The notes beneath the pieces were generated by a model. That model saw only the letters and a program-made list of their open reading frames with translations. It was not told the origin of the DNA and made no database searches. Made by a program: the position numbers and the translations under genes. DNA of 63,931 nucleotides, filler included, from Octopus bimaculoides (Eukaryota), in NCBI RefSeq assembly GCF_001194135.2. It is 6 parts of 6 records of this genome, joined end to end, with 100 filler letters (N's around TTAATTAATTAA, not from the genome) between each part and the next. Parts side by side here need not be neighbours in the genome. Positions count along the whole stretch, not along the records: positions 20,273 to 50,570 come from NC_068983.1; positions 50,671 to 55,594 come from NW_026410327.1; 4 more parts are not named here. One strand, given 5' to 3'. Below, in pieces: positions 38,895-50,994 of this stretch (position 1 is the stretch's first letter; every line of letters starts with the position of its first letter).

Positions 38895-40179
38895 CGAAGG
38901 TAGGCTGAAAAGTTCATAAGCTGACAATGAAGGAGTGAGGCTAGAGCTGTGAAATCTTGCATGCATTAGATTTCAACCCTTCTTATTTATAACTGCTTTG
39001 TTTCTTCCTAGGTAAACTAGCGTATCATTCTTCAAAGAAGACTCAAAAGTAACTAGTGGTGACTTCTCTTGAAAATTGACAAAATTTGGTATCGTGGTGT
39101 TATCAAATACCTGCAAAAAAAGTATTTAACCTGCAACGACATTCATGCTGATATGGTTGCTACGCTAGTGGATGCCATTCCACCTTTATCAATAGTGCAA
39201 AAGTGGGCATCTGAACTTAAAAGAGAAACGGAGAATCTTGAAGATGACCCAAGATTTGGATGTCCTGCAACTACCACCACATAGGAAAGCACTGACCAGG
39301 TTCACTACATGGTGATGGATGACAGGCAATTGACAATAAATCAAATAGCCAATTCTATTTGCATATACCGTGAGAGAGTTGAGAATATTTTGCACAATGA
39401 ACTTGGCAAGAAGTGGGCTACTGCTCAGTGGGTGTCATATCTTCTGACACCTGACCAAAAGCACAACAGGCTCATCACATCACGGGAAAAATCTGACATA
39501 TCTGAAGGCATATCCAGCTGTTTTCCGTGAGCGTTTCCTAACCCAGGATGAGCGTTGGATTCATCATTTTGAGCCAGAGACAAAGAAACAATCAATGTAA
39601 GGGAAACACCCCAACCCTTCACCTGCTCCAAAGAAGGCCAAGATCGTTTTATCTGCAAGATCGTTTTATCTGGAACGTGATGGTCTCGGTTTTTTGGTGA
39701 GGTGTTTATTGATTATCTTCAAAAGGGCCACACAATCAATAAAGAGTGCTAAGCCAACTTTCTGAGACAGTTACGAAAATCTAATCTATCGAGACCAAAT
39801 ATCCAGAAAAACGGACGAAAGCGATCTTATTTCATCAGGAGAATGTTTCAGCACAGAAGTCCTTCGTTTCAATCGTTGCTTTTCATAACTGTGGCTTTCA
39901 GCTGTGGCTTTCATCCTTTGTACCCTCCTCGTTTTGCAACATCTCACTATCATTTGTCCTCCAACATGACAGAACACTTTGCTGGAGCAGTATTACAGTG
40001 ATAATAACGTTTTTAACCAACAGGATGAAAGTTTCTTTACCAATAGGATCCAAGCACTGCAACATCGATGGAGGAATTGTGTGTACCACAAAAGGGAACT
40101 ATGTAGAAAATTAAACCTCGTTGAGTCACATTCCAAAAGAGTGTTTTGGTCAGCTTATGAACTTTTCCTCCGTCTCTCA
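38895..40179 (+). mobile_element. Full-length defective mariner (DD34D type)
   Basis: 1285 bp, TA on both sides, TIR core gaaaagttcataagctgac; peptides VIKYLQKK, WVSYLLT (WVPxxL), TQDERWIHHFEPETK, LFHQENVSAQ, IQALQHRW; stops and frameshifts. Confidence 0.92.
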
Positions 40180-40219
40180 TAATAAGCTGTAGGCAAAAAG
40201 GATGAAGCAAATATTTACT

Positions 40220-40450
40220 TATTTCTTTACTGCTCACAAGGGGCTACACACAGAGGGGACAAACAAGGACAGACAAACGGATTAAGCCGATTATATCGAC
40301 CCCAGTGCGTAATTGGTACTTATTTAATCGACCCCGAAATGTTGAAAGGCAAAGTCGACCTCGGTGGAATTTGAACTGAGAACGTAGCGGCAGACGAAGT
40401 ACAGCTAAGCATTTCGCCCGGCGTCCTAACGTTTCTGCCAGCTCGAAGGT
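40220..40450 (-). mobile_element. Full-length tRNA SINE with 14-bp TSD
   Basis: agcaaatatttact at 40206-40219 and 40451-40464. Confidence 0.92.
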
Positions 40451-41317
40451 AGCAAATATTTACTAACAACAGAAACTAATAAGTATTTCCTAACAAAATG
40501 TATCAGATGCTAAATGTACCCTATAATTTTAAAGTGGGTCATTATTGATTTGCCAAAGTGCCTTGCGTTGGCAAAAGTCTGATAAAAACGGATACATGCC
40601 ATAAGATTGTTTTAATTTTATTTTCCAGTTGGTTTTATCATAAAGATAAATATATTCCTGCGATTTTCTAAACTTTAGGATAAGGGAATTAAAATTGCGA
40701 TCAACGAAATAAAATCTAGAGCCAAAACCCAAAAGCCTGCATCAGAATTTATTACTGCTAAAATATGCAATATCGACATTAATAAATTGTGAAATCTGGA
40801 ATATAGCGCTGGCACTATGAAGATTTTTGTCCTTGAGGCAAGATATTGAGCCATACTAGCCTAAGGTTTTATACTTCATTAAGAAATTATTGTTTCGTAT
40901 TCTATGAATACTATTGCATTTTTCTACTACTTGGAATGTTATTTGAGGCTGTCACTGTTGTGTTTTGTTGATACCAAAGATGATTATGATAATGTTTCTA
41001 TTGTTGCTGATGTTATTGTTATGCAAACTACAGCAGTAACTGCACTGGGAATAGTTATTGTTGCCAAAATAATGCAGCTTACAAGCCAACATCTATTTTC
41101 ATACAACCCTAGTTTTTATTCTGATTTCTGCCAAGTAATCTCCGTTAATTATACCTTCAGTCTTTCTCTATGTGGTATTATCTATATCTGCCTATCTGTC
41201 AACATATATATGTATCAATCGAGTTGTGTTAGAGAGAGAGGAAGGGAGAGAAGGGGAGAGATATGAAGAGAAAATTTATTTATGTGTCAGATATTTTGCG
41301 CACGCTCGTGTTTGTTT

Positions 41318-41629
41318 AATAAATGTGTATGTGTAAGTCTTTGTTTCTGAACATTGATCTAGATATTATTCAGGAATATTGTAATTATATGTATGAATTC
41401 TTGTATATCATAAATGCACACCTACATACATATTCGTCCTTGCATGTATTTATACATACTTATGTACAGGCATACTTACAGAGTTTGGATGTATGAGTTC
41501 AGTCTAAATTTAAGGACATTCTACGTCACTTTTTTTTCGAGGAAAGCTTGATATATTAGTGAATAGTCAAAAGTGTTGAAGAGCATAACGAATAAAGTAG
41601 TAGTTGAGAAAAGTTAGCTGACATGAAGG
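41318..41629 (+). repeat. Copy 1 of a ~310-bp diverged direct duplication (empty site)
   Basis: Collinear with 43929-44478 once the MITE there is removed. Confidence 0.85.
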
Positions 41630-41825
41630 ACGTGTACCCATCTGAATATTGAAAGGTTTACCTGTATCATATTGATTCTCACCTGCTTTCAAAATGCCGA
41701 CAAGAAACTGCTGCACAATGCTCTGTAAATGCTGTAAATTATGATATGGAGAACTGCAACAGAGACATAAAAGCCATGACCTCCAGGACGGGGCGCTCTG
41801 TCTACGTACGCTCGCCAAAATCTAT

Positions 41826-42358
41826 CCCCACATCTTTGAACAGGGCCTCAGGCTCAATCCAGACGGCTATGTGAAACTGCTGGTAATTGTGATCAAACCC
41901 TGTGCGGAAAGGGTTGCTGTTGTAAGCTCATATGTGTGTCAGAAGAATTTGGCTCCTTGGTATACCTCCGAAAAGAGTCAGAGGTGGTTGTCGGAGTATT
42001 TCTCCGACATTGCTAGCCCCAATTTCTGGCCTCTTATTTCCTTTGATTGTCATCTTACGTGTGGGACGCAGTTGAGAAAGATACCAATTGCTCTGCCTGC
42101 AACACTGATGCCAATCTATGGTCAGGATCAAAGCATTGTTTGAAGACATCCCCAGGGGCACAGTAGGAAACGTCATTTCCGGAGCCGTCTTGAGGCTGTG
42201 ATGGAAGCTGATGGCAGCTACTCTGAGTAACCTTTTATATCCCGGACACAATCTAGTTGGCACATTTTTTTATTTTTTAAAATACTTATATTTTTGGATG
42301 ATATATTGTATTTTCTTTTCCTTTTAAACAAACTGTCAACTTTAGCCCGATAACCATG
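41826..42358 (+). mobile_element. maT/Tc1-like transposase C-terminus plus right TIR relic
   Basis: Peptides NFWPLISFDC (about WPPNSPDCNP), VWDAVEKDTN, FRSRLEAVMEADGSYSE*; end resembles the TIR at 15383-15410, followed by TA. Confidence 0.75.
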
Positions 42359-42369
42359 TATATACATAT

Positions 42370-43469
42370 TGTTACGAACGCCCGCACGCGAAGCGCCTCC
42401 TTAACACCGAAGAGGGGACCCGCACACGCGCGAACGTTCAACCCTCAGTGAGCTAGCAAATTCGTCTGTCGGTCACCTGACCGCGATAATAAAGCCTCGG
42501 CTGGAGCACGTAACGAAGAACAACACAGGCAAAAAGGACGGGAGGAAGAAACAACACGAAGACCATGCGTTGGGTAACCTTTTCTTTTTACATACATAAC
42601 ATCACAGAATACATTTAAAACATTAGAATAGAGCATTACATAATAACAATTCCAATACATGGCATGACAGTTCAATAACGTTGACAAAGTTTCCAAACAA
42701 TTACAAGCTTTTCAATCATTTTTACATCGCAAAGTTCGTGTCTCAAGTTTCATTTGACAACAAAGTTCTTCTGCTTCTTTCATTTGTATTTCTTTTCTTT
42801 TCCTTTCTTTTAGAAGCATTTAACAACAACACAGTTAACAACTCAGAGTTCTTTTACCACAACGAAGTTCGTTTCCTTCAGGTCTGCTACTTCCACTGAC
42901 CAAGGCAGTCTGCCACTACAATTCCGTCTCTCTGTCCCCCTCTCTCTCTCTCTCTGGGACTCTATGCGTTTCTGCTGACCATAACTTTCTCTCTGTCAGA
43001 CTTATAATTCTTCAGCTTCATCTCTGTACAACTGCTTCATCTCTCTGTCCCTCTCTCTCCGGGACTCTATGCGTTTCTGCTGACCATAGCTTTCTGTCTG
43101 TCAGACTTATTCTTCATCATCTCACTCGACTGGCCAAACTGCTGTCTCCCAACCGCTCCGGCTGGCTGCCACAACCCAACTGCCTCGGCTAGCTGCTACC
43201 GCTCGACTGCCTCTGCTGGCTGCCAGAACTCCACTGGCCAAAATTCTCTGCTCACTGCTTCGGCCGACTGCTTCGGCCGACTGCTTCCCGCCAATTCCTG
43301 TCCTGCTGAATTTTCGGTGACCGGAAAGGGGGCAGCTACGCTAAAAATAGCTGTGGTCGCCGACGAGACAAAGGAAATACCATTGTCCCCAACTGACCAG
43401 AGTACGGGTTCAAAACCCAGCCCGGGAGATAGGGATATAATGCCAACTGTATTTTCGGTCGTCGCATCA
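42370..43469. mobile_element. Solo LTR (1100 bp)
   Basis: TG...CA termini (TGTTACG / CGCATCA), ATAT on both flanks, GC/CpG-rich, internal ~105-bp tandem repeat; no gag/pol. Confidence 0.7.
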
Positions 43470-43928
43470 ATATATACAAACGTATGCATACATACGCGTG
43501 TACTTACGCACATGCGTATTTATATGCCTCTATATACAAATGTTTATATACACGTATGTATGTATATATTTATGTGTATGTTGTTTTTATATGTTTGTAT
43601 GTTTGTGTAGTGGTTACAAAAGAACGAGATAGTACTTAATATACTAAACAATGTTTAATTTGAGCAACAGATCGCCATTTGCAGTCTATTCACACAGAAA
43701 AAGAATTGCTGCAGATTTCATATGACTATCAAATTGGAATAACTAACACTTCCCTTCAATGAATAAATACAAAATTGTAATGGTAACTGAAACAACACAA
43801 ACTTTGTTTTCTTCTTGTGTTCTCAGCAAGATTACAGATGTTAGCATAAACTTTTTTATATTTTGCGCAGTAGGAATTACAATTGATAGATCGAAGGAGC
43901 TTAACAAGCATCAGAAAGTAAGGGAAAG

Positions 43929-44478
43929 AATAAATGTATATGTGTAAGTCTTTGTGTTTCGGAACATTGATCTAGTTATTATTCAGGAATATTGTAGTTA
44001 TATGTATGAATTCTAGTATATAATGATCGCACACTTACAGTAATCCCTCTCCACATCGCGGTTCATCTATTGCAGTTTATTACTTAAGCTGACATCAATT
44101 CCTCCGTGGTGTTGTTTTGCATTTGCAATAAAATAAATATATAAAAATTATATAAATAATTTCAAAAATATATAAAGTACAGTGCTATTCTACTTCGCGG
44201 ATTTTCACCTATCACAGGGAGTTTTGGAAAGTAACACACCGCGATAGTCGAGGGATTACTGTCCATACATATACGTTCTTGCATGTATGTATACATACGC
44301 AAATACTTACGTACAGACATACTTACAGAGTGTGAATGTATGTGTTCAGAGTAAGTTTAAGGATATCCAGCGTCACCTTTTTTCAGGAACAGCTTGTCGT
44401 ATTAGTAAACAGTCAAAGGTATTGAAGAGCATAAAGATTAAAACTGTAGTTGAAAAAAACGTTAGCTGATATGAAAGG
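43929..44478 (+). repeat. Copy 2 of the direct duplication, carrying a MITE
   Basis: See 41318-41629. Confidence 0.85.
44038..44261. mobile_element. Tigger/pogo-like MITE (224 bp)
   Basis: TIRs cagtaatccctctccacatcgcgg / ccgcgatagtcgagggattactg; TA target; empty paralogous TA at 41423-41424. Confidence 0.9.
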
Positions 44479-45609
44479 CAGTCTGATAAAAGATACAATA
44501 CTCCATATAAATAAATACTGAGGAAATATTGGAGAAGACACAGGGACCGAGTAATGATGGTGACACATTGGCATAGTCATTAATTTTTCTTGTGTTCTAA
44601 GTTCATACATTCAATTGCTCTGCTTTAAATAGAACAATAACACAAAGTTTTCAATCCGACTCTGTAACGACGATGCCAATACAGAAATAGTGAGTTTATG
44701 AAAATCCACAAAACAGCCGAGGTAAGATGGCCGAAACGATAGGTCACCTCAATCAATTTGACTACTGACTGTGTACCACCTTTTTAGTCTGGTCGTTAGA
44801 ATGAAGCAAATCTTTTGTTACATTCTGTAGATCAGCCGAAAAACAATATTACCATCACTCCTTTTCAGATTATCAAACCCAAAAGGTCCTTGATTCTTTT
44901 ACTGTAAAAACCAGGTACATCCACTCAAAATTTCATCGCCCTTAACTGCGGGAAGCAGTTTTATATACCAAGCTAGTATTTATTGAAGAATATCATGTTT
45001 GAAACTAATTTTTGTTAAGATATGTCAAATTTTCAAAGGCAACGTGACTTGCAGAAAATACCAATTGTATTATTTGGTAGACATTTCATATCATTACAGG
45101 AATAACCATGAAACTGAAATTCGTAGTTAGAGAGTTCAGATTTAAAGTACTAATGGATATAAATGCTATTCAAACGTAAATACACAGAATTAATAAGGAA
45201 ATATGAAATATTCTTAATGCCAAAGATAAAACTTGAACATAGTCGAACGTTTGATATAAGATGTTTAAAAGGAAAAATTTCCCCCTCTTTACAGAAATGT
45301 ATTCATATATGTGTTGCACGTTGTATATTGTCTTATTTAAGTTAATAGCACTTACTTACTGTAGTCATTGTGCTTTTCATTCTCATTTCAGTATTATCAT
45401 CCACGCCGCCAAATCCAACACATTCACAATCATCATGATCATCATAATCATCAACAGCAACGACAACAAAGTCATCTATACCATCGTGACTTGTTATCAA
45501 TATTACTATTGTGTTCATTACTACCAATGCTGCTGCTACTACTACTACTACTACTACTACTACTAGTACTACTACCACACCTTTGCTTTCGATTTCATAT
45601 GTAAGAATT

Positions 45610-45667
<58 letters not shown>

Positions 45668-45680
45668 TAACAATAATGAT
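45610..45680. repeat. (TAA)n microsatellite
   Basis: Direct. Confidence 0.95.
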
Positions 45681-46252
45681 AATAGTAAAACGAAATGAAA
45701 TTACAGACTATTTCTAGAATGTTTTATTTTTCTACATGACTGCTTGCTAAGACTCTAACAACTTATGCTTGACGTTTTAAAACAGGTGAGGCAAATTAGA
45801 TACAATTTTAACAACTAAATTACAAAAAAACTAATAAATGAATAAAATTGTTTTCCTATCCTATCCTCCGTAAACAAATATCTTTATTATTTTTATTCAT
45901 TGCTTTTTCCATCCTACATTTATTTTATATATTATTTCTACTTATTTGTTACCTTGTTATCCTATTATATTAAATTTACTTCGATATAATTTTAACTTAT
46001 TTGTTTAAAGATTATTGCTTGGTCTGTAGAACAATTTGAATGCATTTATATTAGAATAGAGTTTGCTTCTGTTTTTTTTTTTTTTTATGAAACACAATAG
46101 AAATGTATTTTATCTAGAAGTCTTATTTTCTGTCTTATTTCTATCTATGGGTTTGTATATGTTTGTATTGGAAGGTGTCCATTTGAGCTTGCTTGTCTTT
46201 ATTCGTCTGGGTTTGGTTTTTAAGAATCTTCTTTATTATTTACTCACGTAAA

Positions 46253-47180
46253 GGCGGCGAGATGGCAGAAGCGTTAGCACGCCAGGCGAAATGCAAACGA
46301 TATTTCGTCTACCGGTACGTTCTGAGTTCAAATTCGGTCGAGGTCGACTTTGCCTTTCATCCTTTCGGGGTCGATAAATTAAGTACCAGTTACGCATTGG
46401 TGGTCGATATAATCCACTTAATCCGTTTATCTGTCCTTGTTTTTCCCCTCTGTGTGTAGCCCCTTGAGGGCAGTAAAAAATAAGAAACGTTAGCACGCCA
46501 GGCTAAATGCTTAGCGGTATTTCGTCTGTCTTTAATACGTTCTGAGTTCAAACTTCGGCGAGGTCGACTTTGCCTTTCATCCTTTCGGGGTCGATAAATT
46601 AAGTACCAGTTATGCACTGGAGTCGATGTAATCGACTTAATCTCTTTGTTTGTTCCCTCTATGTTTAGCCTCTTGTGGGCAATAAAGAAATAAGAAACGT
46701 TAGCACGCCTGAGTTTAAATTCCGCCGAGGTCGACTTTGCCTTTCATCTTTTTGGGGATCGATAAATTAAGTACCAGTTGCATACTGCAGTCGATCTAAT
46801 CGACTACCCCTCCCATAAAATTTAGGGCCTTGTGCCTAGAGTAGAAAAGAATCGTTAGCATACTGGGAAAATGTTTAACTTTATTTCGTCCGTCTTTACG
46901 TTCAAATTCCACCGAGGTCGACATTCGCTTCCATCCCCTTTGGGGTTTGGGGGAAGATGAGATGAGTAAGGGTTGATCCCTGAGGTCGATGTAATCGGCT
47001 AGACCTCCTCCAAACTTTTAGGCATTTTGACTGTAATAGAAAGAAGTATCTTATGCAAAGGTAGTGAGCTAGCCAAATCGTTAGCACGCCGGCTAAAAAT
47101 ACATAACAGCATTACCATGTGAGTTCAAATCCCACCGAAGTCAACTTTCTTTCATCCTTTCAGGGCCGATTCAATAGAGA
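46253..47180 (+). mobile_element. Head-to-tail array of five tRNA SINE units
   Basis: Units 46253-46488, 46489-46698, 46699-46853, 46854-~47047, ~47061-47180. Confidence 0.9.
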
Positions 47181-47552
47181 ACAAATCATGTACTGACGTC
47201 GAAGGAATAGACTGAACCCTCCCTATAATATTGCTGGCTTTATGCTATAATGATAAAGAATTATTTACATATGTAAAGTACACATATGTATTTTGGTTAT
47301 TTGAATGTGAAAACACGTGGCGTAGTCGATAGGAAATTTGGCATATAATAATTATCATGTGGGTTCTATTCCTGTATAGTGTGGGGCATGTACATATATT
47401 TCCCGAGTGCCATCTATCACAACAATGTGGTACATATTCCAAACGATTATATTAAGTGGGAGCTATCAAATGCTATGGTTTCAAAGTACGACGTACAAAA
47501 GAGGTAGACTATACACACACACACACTTATAACTATGTATGTGTGTGTGTGT

Positions 47553-47834
47553 GTAGCCATACTGGGGCACTACCTTGAAGAGTTTTTAGTCGTACACATC
47601 GATCCAAGTACTTATCATTTTGAAGGCCTAGTACTTATTCGATCAGCCTTTTTTGCCGAACCGTTAAGTTACGGAGATGTAAAAACACCAGTGCCGGTTG
47701 TCAAGCGATGGTTGGGAGACAAAAACACACACAGATAGATATGTATATATACATATATATACGACGGGTTTCTTTCAATTTCCGTCTACCACATCTACTC
47801 ACAAAGCTTTGGTTGGCCCGGGGCTGTAGCAAAG
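47553..47834 (-). mobile_element. Composite CORE-type SINE, head truncated
   Basis: Reverse complement matches 58440-58500 (head side) and 47870-48030 (tail side). Confidence 0.8.
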
Positions 47835-47869
47835 GGCAGTTCTCAAAGAGCTACGCAGTGGGACAGCAC

Positions 47870-48060
47870 TTTGTCCTCCGCCACCATCACTTGATGTTGG
47901 TGTATTTACGCCCCCGTAACTTGGCGGTTAGGCAAAAGACATCGATAGAGTAAGTACTAGGCTTGCAAAGAATAAGTCATGGGGGTCAATTTCCTCGACT
48001 AAAGGTGGTGCCCCAGCATGGCCGCAGTCAAATGACTGAAACAAGTAAAAGAATGAAAGA
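47870..48060 (+). mobile_element. Composite CORE-type SINE, 3' half
   Basis: CpG-intact counterpart of 3278-3474. Confidence 0.85.
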
Positions 48061-48240
48061 ATATATATATATATANNNNNNNNNNNNNNNNNNNNNNNNN
48101 NNNNNNNNNNNNNNNNNNNNNNNNNNNNNNNNNNNNNNNNNNNNNNNNNNNNNNNNNNNNNNNNNNNNNNNNNNNNNNNNNTGTGTGTGTGTGTGTGTGT
48201 GTATGTGTGTGTGTGAGAGAGAGAGTTTGTGTCCATCTTT

Positions 48241-48662
48241 TATCTTTTAGCTCTTTCAGTCATTACAGTGTGGCAATGCTGGGGAACTGCCTTGAAGAAT
48301 GTTGGTCGAACGAATCGACTCCATTACTTTATTTTCTAACGCCTGTTACTTATTCTATCGGTCTTTTTGCCGAACAGATAAGTTACGGGGACGTAATCAA
48401 CCCAACACCGGTTGTCAAGTGGTAGTGGGGGACAAATAAGCACAAATGCACGCAGACACATACTTAGACACGTTCACACGCACGCGCACACGGACACATA
48501 TACACGATAGGCTTCTTTCAGTTTCTGTCTACCAAATCCACTCACAAAACTTTGGTTGGTTCGAAGCTATAATACAATGCACTACTCGCCCAAGTTACCA
48601 GGCAGTGGAACTGAACCCGGAACTATGTGGTTTCAATGCAAACTTCTTACGATACAGCCATG
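48241..48662 (-). mobile_element. Near full-length composite CORE-type SINE with internal microsatellite
   Basis: Minus-strand tRNA-like head (tggctgtatcgtaag...gggttcagttcc), cttgggcgagt CORE-like segment, then tail. Confidence 0.82.
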
Positions 48663-48699
48663 TTTATGTATATATTTATAACATGTACTGGTATACGTT

Positions 48700-48739
<40 letters not shown>

Positions 48740-48939
48740 TGTGTGTGTAAACATATATACTATATAGAGGGAGGGAGAGGGAGAGGGAATAGACATGAAA
48801 AGAAAATGTATATAAACAGTTGTAAAATGTGTGAGTGAGTCCAACGATTGATATTTCAGAAAAGCAGAAAAACACAGCAACATGCAGGGAAGAACGCCAT
48901 TTCAATATTTAGACGCATTCAGATACATACACATGTCTC

Positions 48940-49065
48940 TCTGTCTCTCTGTCTCTCTGTCTCGCTCTCTCTCTCACTCTCTCTCTCTCTCTCCTCACAC
49001 ATAAATGAATAGAGAGACAAGGAAGAAGAAGGAGAAGAAGAAGAAGAAGAGGAGGAAGGGGAGGA

Positions 49066-49109
<44 letters not shown>

Positions 49110-49161
49110 AAGAAGAAGAAGAAGAGGAAGAAGAAGAGGAGGAGGAGGAGGAGGAGGGGGA

Positions 49162-49211
<50 letters not shown>

Positions 49212-49312
49212 AAGACGAAGAAGAAGAAGGAGAAGGAGAAGAAGGAGAAGAAGGAGAAGGAGAAGAAGAAGAAGAAGAAGAAGAAGAAGAAGAAGAAAGA
49301 GAAGAAGAGGAA
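48940..49312. repeat. Compound (CT)n / (GAA)n / (GGA)n / (TAG)n tract
   Basis: Direct. Confidence 0.95.
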
Positions 49313-50538
49313 GGTGCACAATCGTTTTTTCAGCAACTGTCTATATATACTTCATGCATCTGCAAATATTTCTCAGCGTTCGACTATATTTGTTTATTTT
49401 GCATTTGTCTCGTACTCGTAGCCACTCTCCAGGACCCTTTCCTTTAAATACATATGATTAGAGCGTAGAAGATGCTGCCTTATTGCCTCAGCATGACCAC
49501 AATGCAATAAATGTAACCAATATAATAAAACATTAAAGAAAGAAATAACATCAAACTTTCCAAGATCTGCGACAGTTATAACTCATTTTTCAAGACGAAA
49601 AAAAAAAAATTCTTTAAAAAAACTGTCCCGACAGAGAATAAACAATAAACATATAAATCAATAGAAAAAATATAGTGAAAAATAAAGTGAAATAAATAAA
49701 AGTAACAATTGTCTGAGTTTCTCAATCTTTTATCATGAATCTACTTATTAATTTATGGCGCTGATCAAGGGAAATAATACATTGTAAGAAAATGGAGCTC
49801 TCTATTATTGTTTTTTTCTTTTTTTTTATACCTCTCCCCGACCTATCTACCAACACAACAAAGTAACGATGTGATATAATTTGGAAATGGAAGCGAAGAT
49901 GTAGTTTTTGTTTTAGTGTGTTGCTTGTATGGAATATATTCAGAGGGAGGGAGAGAAGGCGATGCGTGGGAGAGACATAAAGACGAGAGAGATGTTAAGA
50001 GAGAAATGGTAAGGGAACGATTGACTGAGCTTGCTAGAAATTAGGAGAAAGATAGAGAGGGAGAATAACAAAGATAGAAATTGAGAAAGTGAGAGAGACT
50101 ATACGTGAAAAGTGTGGTGGGGGAGACAGAAGACATTAAAAAAGAGTGAATGGGTGTCAGAGAAAATTACAGACACAGAAAGATGTGATTCTATGATACA
50201 GAGAAGGCGAGGAAGATAGAGGTATCAAAGAGGTAGAGTGTGGGCGAAAATAAAACATGGAGAGAGGTTTAGAGGGAAGGCGAGGGATGGAGGAAAATTG
50301 AGAGGAAAGAAAAACCGCTTGTAAAACGCGAGAGAGGGAGAAAGACAACCAGGCAGATAGAGAAAGAGAGCGATTGAGAAGTTACAGCAGAAGATTCCAT
50401 CAGATACATGAAAAAAAAAAAAAATAATTGTTTTTGTCCAGGGGTTCAATTTTCAGGGCGAGAAGAAAAATATATTTATTCTATGTATTTTATGACTTAT
50501 ACAACACATGTGTATTTATTGTGTAATGTACGTTATTG

Positions 50539-50570
<32 letters not shown>

Positions 50571-50614
50571 NNNNNNNNNNNNNNNNNNNNNNNNNNNNNN
50601 NNNNNNNNNNNNNN

Positions 50615-50626
50615 TTAATTAATTAA
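50615..50626. other. Assembly spacer TTAATTAATTAA
   Basis: 44 N on each side. Confidence 0.95.
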
Positions 50627-50690
50627 NNNNNNNNNNNNNNNNNNNNNNNNNNNNNNNNNNNNNNNNNNNNCTCCTCGTATTTGGGTCACC

Positions 50691-50950
50691 GTTTCTTTCC
50701 CCTTTTGTTATCTCCCCTTTCTCTTAGCTCTCCTGCGTGAACTTTCTGTCCGGCAGACGCTATGATAGATCGCTGACCAAACCATTCAATTTTTTTTCTC
50801 CGTATTTTTCTCCTTGTTTTCTCCGTATTCTTTCTCTTAAAGAGCGTAGCTCGAAACGTTAAAGACTTTCTGTATTCCTGAGCGTTAAACTAATACATCC
50901 TTTTGTTGTTTACACCACCTGTCCTCGTCTATTGTTTTTTTCGTAAATTC
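50691..50950 (+). mobile_element. Penelope-type terminal-repeat fragment with degenerate hammerhead motif
   Basis: TCTTT-ctcttaaa-GAGC-gta-GCTC-GAAACGT-T-AAAGA at 50829-50865: stems I-III intact, 5' core mutated. Confidence 0.55.
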
Positions 50951-50955
50951 TCCGG

Positions 50956-50991
<36 letters not shown>

Positions 50992-50994
<3 letters not shown>

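Noticed and set aside
46253-47180. CRISPR-like repeat array
   Set aside because: Units are 150-240-bp SINEs without unique spacers; eukaryotic context and no cas genes
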